From positions 1 to 64,000 of the forward strand of contig NW_005434458.1 of assembly GCF_000315625.1 (NCBI RefSeq): 64,000 nucleotides of DNA, given 5' to 3'. The notes under the pieces are model-generated. The model was not told the origin of the DNA. It saw only the letters and a program-made list of their open reading frames with translations, and searched no databases. Made by a program: the position numbers and the translations under genes. This DNA is from Guillardia theta CCMP2712 (taxonomy: Eukaryota > Protista > Cryptophyta). Of this stretch, positions 12,101 through 24,100 are shown in pieces (within the stretch, counting starts at the first letter, position 1; every line of letters starts with the position of its first letter).

Positions 12101-15100
12101 CTCGCACTGCAGCCCGGAGCAGCTGGTCTGGGACCAGCAAGCTTGGCAGGAAGGTGGAGGAGGGAGCAGGGCACTTGGAGGAGGAGGGAAAGCATTCCAT
12201 AAGCACGGGGCCTTGGATGGTGCAGAGCTCGAAGGAGCCCGAGGGGCCAGAACGAGCTGGAAGCCGGACACCCTCCAGCTGCATGGCCAGCTGACCCTGA
12301 TAGAACTGTGGGAAGTTTGCGGCGGGGGTGAGGACGGGGTTCAGGTAGATGTACATGTTGTCATGTGTCACGGCGATGAGGTCAGTCGAGGTTCCCCTCC
12401 ACCTGGCCGTCAGCTGCTCTTGGATCGGCATGTAGTCTCCCGGAAGCTTCAGCCGCACTGTGCTGCCGGCAGGCAGTGGGAAGGAGGGGGAGAAGTCGAT
12501 GAGAAGGTCCGTCAGCCCTCCGGCCACCGAGTTCCGGAGACTGACCACCGAGTCGGAGAGGCAGGAGGGGAGGAAGATTACAGCTGGAATGCTCCAGTTC
12601 GCGTCGACCTGGACACCGTTACTGCGGGTGGTGACTTGGTAACGCCCTCCCGAGCCGCTCACGAGGGGATTTCTGACGTTGCTGAACGTCAGTTTGACTT
12701 CCGCATTGCTGCTGATGTTGAGCTGGCTGGCACCAACAGTCACCTCGTTAACGTCAAGTCCAATCAGCTTGAAGGAAGCGACTTGGCTGCCGTCAACCGT
12801 CACGTCAAGTAGCGAGAGTTGGTTGATGTCCATGGACGACGGGAAGATGATCTTGAAGGAAGGGAAGTTCCATAGAGAGTTTCTAGTCGTGAATGAGAGG
12901 CTGACGTTGCTCAGATCGCCGACAAAGGACGAGGAATGGGCAGCAACAGCATCCAAAAGAGCCGCCGGTACGATCGAAGGACCTCTTACCATTGTCTCGT
13001 CGATGACTCTGTTTGCTGCGTCCAGCGTTCGCAGTCGAACGTCGCCGGTGCTGCCTGCCAACGGTCGATTGAGGAGCAGGCCCTGGAGGGAAATGGAGAA
13101 GGAGCAGGAGAGAGCTGTTCTCCGCGAGATCGCTTTCTCCGATGGGAAAGAGAACAACTTGAGATCCCCTGCTAGCTCGCAGAATGTCGCGCTGGAACAG
13201 TCTGAGGAGTGGGTGATGGTGAGGCGGACATGCCTGAACTCAAGGCAGTAGCTCAAAGCTCTCACGTAACTTTGATTGTACGCGATCACTTCCTGGTAGA
13301 CTGGGACGAAGTCAACGCCGTCGGCCGAGGCTGAGAGTTGAAACCTGAGGGTCGTCGGAGCGCTGGCACACTGGGATAGGGAAGAAGGATTCATGTCCAT
13401 GGCGAACCCACAGATCAAGATTCGCGCCCCGAAGTCTCTCGTGATATTCTGCTGGACGACAGGCGTGCAGGACGAAAGGCAGAAGTAGTCAGGAAGAGTC
13501 GCCAGCACTCGAGCCCGGGTCGTCGCTCCTTCTCCAAGCTCGACGAGGCTGTTTACCTCCACCCCCTCCTTGCAGGGCGTGTAGACCGTGTCCGTGAACC
13601 CCCCGACCGTCACTGTGTGATCAGCGACGTTGGCAGAGAGACTTAGAGGCTGCAGCTGGGGCAAAGCTGGATCGAAGAACTTGAAGGAGGAAGCGTTGGC
13701 TGCTTCGACCGCTCCCCAGTCGAAGTCCGCGGCTGGGAGGGTCAGGACGATATGACCATCAGAAGGCAATGGGTTGGAGATGATGAAGTGAACGAGCAGG
13801 CTGGTGGACATGCCAGCCTGCGGATCTTGAAGGTGGAGGTAGGGGAAGAAGAGATTGCCGGGAAGAAGGAGGACGGGAGGGACGTTGAGGTCTTCTTCGA
13901 AGACGATCTCCTCCGACAGGATCGTCCTAAGCTGGAAGGTGCCAGTGGCTCCCGAGACCTGAGGGTTCCTGACGCCGTAGTAGGAGAAAATGCTTTCCTT
14001 CCATGCCGGAATCCTCAGCCTGACCTGCGTCCGGCTGTCGAGCACAGGAGCTGATGTCACGGTCACGTCGATAGCCATCCGCCTCGCCCCCCGCATGCTG
14101 ACGCTGCAGTTGCCTGCTAGCAGCGCGTCGACCACCAAGCACGTCGGAGCGGAAGAGAAGGGGGGGGGAAGGCTGTTGGAGAAGGAGAAGCCGTCTGGGA
14201 GGGCGAGCTCCACGGTGAAAGTAGCAGGGAAGGGGTTGAAGTTGGAGAAGGCGAAGTCGAAATCAGTGATGTCTCCTGCTTTACGGGACGCAGGGAGGAT
14301 TGCAGTGTCCAGCAGGCGGCCTGCCGTCAAGCGGACAGTTGGGAGTGTCACGTTGTCGTTGATGTCGATAAGGTTGACGTCCTGGTCAGACGATCGGATC
14401 TTGAAGGTGTTGCCGCACCTTACGGAAGGTACGAAGGTCTCGAAGGGGAACTGTACTCCCTGCAATGTGAAAGAGAAAGGAGTGAAGGCAGGGAGCGTCT
14501 CGCCCACGTTCTTGAGCGAGATCGCGAGCTTGGCACCGGGAAACATGTCCGTATTCTTCGAGCTGAGCTCGAGCTGAAGTTGGCCCTGCTGGGATACCAC
14601 CTGGAGACCTGTCTTGATGTAGACCGAGTTTCTCCTGCTCTCGTCCAGCAGCTCCGTGTCAAGTCTGAACCCGTCGGGGAAGGCAAGGAAGAGGTACCCT
14701 CCGTGAGGGATCGGGTTGGAGGTCGCGACCTCGATCTTCACTTCTCCTCTTGCCCCGACAATGAGAGGGTGAAGGGCAACAGAGGCGTTCAGGAACGAGG
14801 GCTCCAGCAGCGAGCCAGCGATCGCGGAGCTCTCACTGATGGTCAAGTTCCCCCTTGTGGCTGTGATCAGATAATTGCCGGTCAGGCCGTCATGTTGCGG
14901 CAACCGGATGTTCGAGACATAGAGGTTTACCGGCAGCTCTCCAGCATAGAGCTCAGCTGAAGTAGCTGACACCGACCGCAGCTGAACTGTCTGCCCGGTG
15001 GTCGACAGCTCCAGGTCCTGCTGAGTTTGGAGGGGCAGGTTCTCTATGATAACCTGCAATCTTGCTCCATACGCGTCTGCTTGCCACTTGTTGCGCATTT

Positions 15101-18100
15101 TGAAGGTGATCCTGAGCTGGGCCCTGGCCATGACGACGTCTGTACACGTCAGCACCAGCCTGCTGTACTCCTGGAAGTCGACGCGTATGTTTCCGACTGT
15201 CTCCACCATTTCCAGCGAGTTGTTGGAAGAGGAGAACCCGTCGAAGATCCCGGAGAGAGTGATGGTTGTTGAGTTTGCAATGACAAAGTTGGGTTCCATG
15301 TCAATGGTGACTGTCGCGATCGCCCCGATGACATCTGAGCTTGAGGAAGCAGAAAAGCTTGTCAGGCCAGGCACGCGGGCTGCATGGAGGAGGCAAGGGC
15401 CGTTCATGAGCTCCTGCTGCTCTTGGTTGACTTGGATGCTTGCAAGCTGCGAACACTGAGACGCGTGGGAGGGGTTGCGGAGGAGGAAAGAAAGGACTGT
15501 CTTGTTGCTAGATCTCATCGCCTCTGAAAGAGTGAACAGCATGCAGCCGGAACCTGTCGTCTCCTGCTTGACCCACTCAGCACTTGTGACCTCGATGTTC
15601 GACCAGAGACGGAACGGGAACGATTGGTCGGCGGAGAACGAATGGGAGGACGTTTGTGAGAACTGGATGTCGCAGATGGAGATGTTGGACGCTGGTTGGA
15701 GGTCCTTTCTTGGCTGGAGAGTAACTGAGATCAAACTGAGCGATCCGAAGGCGTCAGAGGAGGAGGAGATGGTCTTGACCGTCCACGAAGAGGCGTTGTC
15801 CATCTTGGCGACGGTGGTCACTGCCAGCTTCTCGCAGGAGAACACGTAGGGCGTTCGGATCAGAACCGTCGCAGCCTCCAGCGCCCTCAGGTCTTGAATG
15901 TCAAAAGAGACAACTGTCAGAGCATCGCAAGGGAGTTTCCTCCCTGCCAAGAGGGTCAGCGACACTTTTCCCTGCTCCTCGTCAAACGTTCCTGTCTCCC
16001 CAAACTTCTCTGCGTCCTTGTTGTACAGCTGCAGCGTCCTCGTCCCCACCCCCCCCGTGACGTTTGTACCGTTCCCGACGAGCAGCTCGATCACGACTGG
16101 GGAGTCGATGTCGATAAATGGGAGCAACTTGACAGTGAAGCTCTTCCAGCTAGACGACAGCTGGACATTTAGGTCCTTGACCTGCCAGGATGACAAGTCC
16201 GGGTTGACCTCCACTCGCTGATTATCCACCAACGTCGCCACCGTCCGGCTGCACTTGCGGATCACGTGGTACGCCGGGCCTACCAGCGAGACAGGAGGGA
16301 AGGTCGCCCAGTTGTGCGGCTCCTCCAGCACAAGGACCGGTCCCTGGTAGGTGTTGGCCCAGGGGTTCCCCTCGCACGTCACGTTGCCGCAGGTCAACAC
16401 CCGCGGGTTGTAGGGCCTGTGCATGAGGGCGATGAACTCGTAGTCGGAGAGGTTGACCCTGACGTTGCTGTCCGCGTTCCGAATCTCATAACTGAAATCA
16501 ACTTTCACGTTGGCGCTGACCCTCTTCCCCGCTATGACCGTGAGGCTCATCAGGTTCAGCGTTGGGTCCCAAATGGCGTCGTTGAAGATCGAGGCGCTGG
16601 GCCCCCACAGCTGCTTCACCTGCTTCTCGCACGTGCAGTAGTCCCACAGGGACCCGCGAGACTGGCTGATCCAGACCGCCTCGTCCCCATCTGCTACAGC
16701 CTGTGCTTGCTCCGAGAAGAGCTCGCTGGTGGCACACCAGGCGCGTCCAGGGATGAAGGGATAGTCTGTTCCCATGTACGCCTCGCTCACGCAGCTCGTG
16801 TGGTTTTTGCCGCGGAAGAAGAAGGGGAAGACGCACGGCGATCCGGTCAAGCTCGTCCCGTTGCACGTGCTAGGAGCAGAGAAGTCAGCTGGGAGCTGGT
16901 AGAGGAGGATCTTGGAGCCCTCGAGCAGGTTGACGTTGACTGTGAAGCTGATGCTGACCGAGTTGTTGCCAAGCGCTATCAGCGAGCTAAATGTGATGCT
17001 GGGAGAGCTAAGCTTCGCCTCCTCGGACACCCGCAGGACAACTCCTTCCATCTCTCTCCAGCTGTCAAAGCCCGTCGCTGCTGCCATCACCCGCGGTCTC
17101 ACACCCTCGGACAAGCCGGGGGGATTGCGAAGGTTGAAAGAGAAGATGAGGTCAGCATCGTGCAGAGTGAGCTGGGAAACTGTCGGAGACACTCTGACGG
17201 TCAGCTGGCCACTCGAGGCGTTCCAGGTGGCCGATGGGTCGAGGAGGTTGGATGGCTGATCGAGAGTGACGTCACCGTCGGGGGTGAGGGAAGACGTCAA
17301 GTTGCCAATGTGAATGTAAGTGCCTGGCCGGAGGGCGAAGGTTGACCGCAGGGTGACTGTGATGACGTTGGTGACGTTGCCGACGTCGCAGTTCTGTGAG
17401 ATGGTCCTAGTGATGAAGGTGAACGGTTGAGCCTGGCAAGTGCCGTTGATGCATGTGGCTGCTGGCGCTGCCAGCGAAATCAGACTATCCCATGAGGTCG
17501 AGCTCGGCCTGACAGTGACGTTCAAGGGAGAGGAAAGGAAAGGAACATCTGCTGCTAGAATGAAAGAGAAGGACAGCGTAGTCGCGGGATCCAGAGAATC
17601 TGGGAGGATCGCTAGCGAAATGCTGCCGGCTTCTGGGTCAACAGACTTCACCGTCAGCTGTCCAGCTGTAGCGACGAAGTCGGAGATGTTGGCAGCTGGT
17701 CTGACATTCAGGCCCGAGAGGACAATTTCATGTCTGGATGTCAGCAGGAAGTTCACTTGGATCCAGACTTTGACCTCGAACAACTCGGCTGGTTGTACGG
17801 TCCGATACATCACTGAGTTCTGGTAGAAGGAAGGCGGTCTCGTGACCGACAGCTCTCGACCTGACAGCCTGCTAACTGGCAAGCAAAGACCTTCAAGGCA
17901 AGACGGCAAAGCCACTTCCATGAGGGGCTGACAGAGGGCCGTTGAGAGTTGACTGGAGACGAGGAGGTAGAAGGAGAAAGAGAGTGGTTGTCGTGCCGAG
18001 ATGACGTCATTAACAAGAAGGGACAAGGTTCCTTCGTCTCGAGACCAACTAGAAGTCGCGGAGAGTGCTGGCTGGAAGACTGTGGTGAAGTTGGTCGAGG

Positions 18101-21100
18101 AAGGTGTCTTGCTGAAGTTCATGCATGAGATGCGGACGCTTGTTCCCTTCTCGATCTCGAAATTCGTCGAGAACCTGACGACTATTTTTAGCTGATCTCC
18201 AGCTACGAGATCACTCTGACTCTCCGATGACGACTCGAAGTAGAAGTCAACGACGGCAGGAGGAGTCAGCGAGCGGCCGAGGAGTCCATTAGCAACGTTG
18301 GTGCTCATAGGACTTACGTCGAGCATCGCTTGCGACACGTCAAACCCTTCAGGGAAGTTGAGGTTGAAGGTTGTGTCCCAGCCCATGGAGTGCGGAGGAA
18401 TGAAACTGACAAACACCGGTGTAATCTCCCCAGCTGACCTCCCGACTGGGTCGATGATCGCCGACGACAACCTGCTGGCAGTAAAGCCTGACAGATTGCG
18501 TACCGCAAAGTCAACAATAGGGCCGTCAGGCAGTCTCGTCCGCACTGAGAATGTGAAGCCCTCTGACCTGACCTTGGGCATGCGGAGGCCGAGTAGGGAG
18601 ATCGTTGTCTTGCAGGCGGAGGGCTCCTGGAGGAGAGGAAAGGAGCAGCGAGGAGTTATTGCCTCTCGGGTCGCCTCGGTCTCAGGCATCGACACGTTGC
18701 ACGGATGCAGAGAGGAGTCGAGAACCCACGTGACCGTGTTGTTCACGACAGCTCGGACCTTCTCGACCCCGTTCATCTCCAAGGAGAACGATGCGGGCTC
18801 AATAATGAAGCCGAGCGGAACGTCAATCTCAATGGATCCGTTGACGGGGATCGGGTTGACAACCATGAGCTCGACCGTGATATCTCCAATAGTCCAGGAC
18901 TGGCTTGAGCTGGTCCTGATATAGCAGTTGTGCAAGTTGGCCGGCTCAATGAAGACTCTGGTGTCAAGCTCACCTATGTCGATAAGCTGGTCACCGGCTG
19001 AGGTCTGAAGGCGGTGAACTCCGTTGACCCCCGAGAACCTCTGGTTGCGTACTCCCGACAGGTTGAACCGAGCAACCACCCCAGCAGGGATCGAGCTGCC
19101 ACCAATCCTGACGAGCTCCAGCACGTGGGCGCTCAAGTTGCTCCAGTAGACTAGCAGGTCGCCGTCCAAGTTGTGAATGCCGTGAGCGAGAAAGGGAGGA
19201 GTCAGTTCCTCCTCAGCTGGAAATTCCAGGCGAATCCTCGCACTGCCGGGGAGAGGGTTGGCAGTCCGGAACGATACGATCGTCTCCCCCAGAACTCCAG
19301 CAGAAGGATCGACGGGTCTGACCTCGAACTCCTCGATGACCCCTGGATGGATGCAGGGCACATGTATCGTCGCCGTGACTTGCAGCACGTCTGAGTCCGA
19401 GAACACCCGCAGCGAGCTGGATGAGGGGATCAAATAGTTCTCAGCTGGCTGACAGTCGGAGATCGGCTTGTTCTTCAGCCCCGCCAGGCCAATCCCCACC
19501 TGAGCATTAGCTGGAATATCAGAGCCGCCCTTCCTGCGAATGACAAGGGAGCTTCCGCGGAACGAAGGGACCAAGACGCCATCGATGCCAAAGTTGAGGC
19601 CCGAGAGAGGGGCAAACCTGTTGATCTCAAAACCTCCTGGGATGTCGAGGACGAAGTATGAAGAGTTCTGAAGGATCGTGGTGGTGGTGAAGGTGAGAAC
19701 GGCCCGCCCCACTGAGCCAGCTGTCAACCTCTCCAGGTTCAGCTGAAGGTTATGGAAGTGAGAAGCATTGATCAGGAAGGACTGATCGCTCTGGTGGGCA
19801 CAAGCAAGGGCTGAGAATGACGAGAGAGGATCGCATCCCTCCATCAGCTCACCGTCAGTTGACAACTTGGTGTTGACAAGAAACAATCCAGTCCTGCCGC
19901 TTTCGACCTGAACCCTCAGCCGCGGGATCTCGATGCCGATGGTGGAGTACTCAGGAATGCTGTGCTGGAAGGATGTCACGACAATCTTCTGGCAGGAGGA
20001 AGAGGAGAAAGACGAGGTTTGGTTGCAGATTTGTACCCTCGAGTAACTCGCAGTGACTCTCTGACCCGTCTCGTACAGCAAGACTGAAGTACTCGAGGAC
20101 GGTGGCCAGTCGAGTGTCTGGAACCCGTCGGGGATGACGATCTCCACCGTCCCGTCGGGAGGGATCGCGTTGGTGATGGTGAGGTTGACGAGGAGAGACG
20201 TCTCGTCTCCTGCGTACAGGCTGCTGAGCGTCAGGGAGATGCCTCGAAACTCGTGGGAGAGGACTCGGAGGAAGAGCTGCCCCAAATCCACCCGAGCCCC
20301 AGCAGGATTGAAGGACGTGACAGTCACAGTGACAGTCTCCTTCACGAACTGCTGGGCTCGGAAACCCTCGCAGTCCACCTGGACCAGCGAGTCAGGAGGG
20401 ATGTCGACGACGATAAGCACGCGCGATCCTTGAAAGACGTTGGAGGAGGCAAAGGCAGGGAGAAGCACACGACACCCCATGCTCGAGACGTTGAAGGACT
20501 CCGGGAAGTCAACCTGTATGGCTCCATCCTGCGGGACCATGTTGGTCGTGTAGAACTTGATGGTCAGATTTTGTACAGCTCCCGCAAACAGATCGAGTGG
20601 AGAGCCCAGCACGAGCCCAGGTCCCTCCTGAACATCGAGGATGTTGCTGGCCGCCTGGAGGCGCTCGAAGAGGAGAGCAGCTGGGACGATCTGGATGGAA
20701 GAGCACGAGGAGCTCAGGAAGACTTGACTTCTCCCCATCTCCTCTCCCACCAGCTCCAGCAAGAAGCCAGCTGAGGCCTCGCCGTGATTGGAAACTTCGT
20801 ACTGAGGGACACGAACGTTGACGACATTGGTGGTGAAGCGCAAGGGAGAGGAAGGGGAGGAGAGAAAGCGTTCGTCGATCTCCATCACCTGCTGCGACAC
20901 GACGGCCTTGCAGTCCTCACGATTACACGACGAGCGGGAGATGTCGTAGCCCTGAGGAAAGTGAAGCCTGACCGAGCTGAGGTTTAGCTGGAGGGTGTCG
21001 GAGTAGAAGGAGAAGGACATGTCTCGCCACTCCCCTGCTGTGGCTCTGTCTGGGGATATAGTAGCAACACATTCTTTGAACGGCCTGATCGCTACTGCTG

Positions 21101-24100
21101 TCTCTCCCATGGCTGCCACGTCATCGTTCCATGCTGACATGTTGTTCAGCTGTCTGCTGCTGTCTTTGATCCGCACAAGGACGGGGTAGAAGCCCTGCAG
21201 ATGGCAGTTGACGATGCCATGCACCTGTAACAAGAAGTGCCGGCCTGACTGCAAGCTAAGCTGAGAAACTACTTGGAGGTAGTCCCCTGTCACCTTAACT
21301 GTTGTAGAACGGTTGACACAAGCGGAGGAGTCGCAGGACTGCGCGATGACAGGCTCGACGGCCCTGAAGCAAAGTGGAAGGAGCAAGACAAGAGAGCAGT
21401 CGCAGTTGAGCTGATAGTCGAGGAAGAACGAGATGTTGTAGGTCGTCTTGACGCCGATGCGGTCGTCAAGGGGGATGACACTGACGTTTGCAATCACACG
21501 CGCGAGGTAGTCCTGAGTGAACCATGCAGCCTCGATGACTGATGAAGCTGAGACAGACGATGTCTCGATGAGGAAACGTGCAACTCCCGAGGCGTTTCTG
21601 CCAACGAGACCACGGCAGGCAAGAGATACGAGCTCCCTCGCGCCCAGAGGCTCCTGAAAGTGCAGAACGAGGACGGTGGGGGATGTCAGCGAGGACGAGA
21701 CGTTCCGCCCGTCGCTAGAGCAGCTGGCATCATCCAGCATATACGACTCAGGTGACAGACAAGTCAGAACAAGAAAATCTCTCGAGATGTCAAGTCGGCC
21801 AGTGTAGAACGACAAACTGACACCTACTACATCCCCGACTTGGTCCGAGCTGAAGCTGAACAAGAACTCTCCGAGAGAGTCGGGCCTGGCGATTGATAGG
21901 CTAGCAGCCCCCAGTTCGATCATACCTTGGGAGACAATCGTTGCTATCGTCACGTTGGAACTGTTTGCAAGAAATCCAACGACGTCAACGTTATGAATCT
22001 CCACCTCGATTCTAGTCATCGCTGGGATCACTTTGACCTTCCTCCTTACCACATGCAGTACCCCCTCCTCCAGCAGCGAACAGGACCCCCCCGCTTCGTA
22101 CACCACGTTCGAGTTCGGCAAAGTTCCCACTTTGACAGAAGAAGAGACAACTTTCCCCACCTGCACGAATGGAGGAAGAACAACCTTGAAGGAGCCGTCA
22201 GCTGGGATCAAGTTGAGGTTGCGGAAGGAAAACTTGAGAGGCCCGTGATAGCCGTTGACCAAGCTGGAGGGTGTGACGAGCAACCCCAGCAGAGAGGACG
22301 GAGACGACGAGACTACAAAGCTCACACTGTCGAGCAGAAAAAAACCAGCTTGACTGAAGTCAATCGAGCTTAACCTGAGCTTGAACTGCCCCGCAAAATT
22401 GGGGTTGACCAGGCCCGAGATTTTCAAGCTGACCTCCTGCTGAGGAGGCACATCGAAAGCGCTTCGGACTCGTCGCAGCAGTACCGTGCTGTTGGGCTCC
22501 AAGTCGACATCTCCATCCATCCCGGATATGACGGTAGCATGCGACTGATCGAGCGTCGCAAACTCAGGCGGCAGCTCAAGCTCGAAGCCTCCCCCTTCCG
22601 CTAAAACCTTGCTCTGAAATCTGACGCGCACGACGAGCTCGGACGTCGCTCCTGCATGGCTGGGGATCAGCTGGGCAGAGAGGAGCGACGCCTGTCCTGG
22701 AAGGATGTCGATGCCTGGGAGCGAAGACTGCAAGCGCAAGAGTCCCTGATGCTCCTCCGCCTTCACTTCAATGGCTTGACTAAGTCCAGCTCGGGTCGGA
22801 AGCAGCACGATTGAGACGTTGATGACATCAGAAGAAGAGACAGACTCAGCAGAAGGAAGCAATGTCAGTCTCCTGCCGTCCCCAGAGGCCTCGCCGAAGG
22901 CAAAACTAGAGCAGCAATCAGGAGGAGCCATGAGGGAGGGAGGCAGAGTGATGGAGATATTGCAGGAAGAGAGGTTGCGAGCTCGAATTAAGAATCGGAA
23001 TCTCGCCGACTGATTCACTCTGATCTCACTCTCAGGAATGAGTTTTGCATATGCGAGATGCTCCTCCCTCAGCGCGACACCAGCAACCACATGCTGGGCA
23101 TCGATCGAGGTGCCGTCTTCCATGAACGTCGAGATGTCGAACGAGTCCAGCTCCACCCCCTTGAACGGTTCCTTCTTCAAGTTTGTCACAATAAATGAGA
23201 TTGAAAGGTCGGGAGGGATGCGATCGCCCAACACCTTGAGGACGAGGAAGCAGCCCCCCGAGCACACCCCATTTGCATCCTGAGGGTAGAAGTCGTCCAC
23301 CAGCAGCTCTGCCGACATCCCTCTTGTGTTTCCACTGCAGGTCGGTTGATACAGCTGGACGTCAGCTGGGAATTTGATCATAATCAGCCCGTTCTGCGGG
23401 ACCTCGTTGGACAGTCGCAAGCGCATGGAGGCAGAGGAGCGGAATCCTTTCTCGGCTACCATGATCTCCATGTCCGCCTCGGGGATTGGTCCAGCTGTGA
23501 TGGAAGAGAAGTTGAAGAGTTCACTAGCATCGATCTCCTGTTCGAGGCCCGTCAGGGTCCGAACGGTCAAGGCCAGCAAGGGCCCAGCATGAGGTGGGAG
23601 AACAACGCCGGGAACAAGCAAATGCAAAGTTCTCCCTCCAGCGAGTCCCTCCAGCTTGTCAAGGCCAAGGAGGGAAACCACAGCTCGGCTCGTGCTCGAG
23701 GTGACCAGGAGCTGCTTAAAGAAGATGTTGACGCCAGAAGTGTTGACACAGACGTCAGACCGTTGCAGCTGGGGGACGATCCCAACGCCCTCAGGCATCT
23801 CCAGCCTGATGCTTCCTCCAGCTGGTAGAGGGTTGGTGAGCTCGAGGCTGAGCTGGAGGGAAGCGACTGCCCCCGCAACGTTGGGCGTCAGAATTGCATC
23901 GAGGTTGTTGAGGACGTTCGAAACGACCTGCAGCGTCTGAGAGAAGCAGTCGACTGGACGGCTGGTGGAGCTCCAGTGGTAGGACGTGCAAACATGCAGG
24001 CTGACAGTCTCGATGAAGGGAGAGAGCTTGACTGCCGACATCAGCACTGACAAGCTCTCGGCAGGCTCAAGAGTCCGGGTGCCCGTGGGGACAAGTCGGA

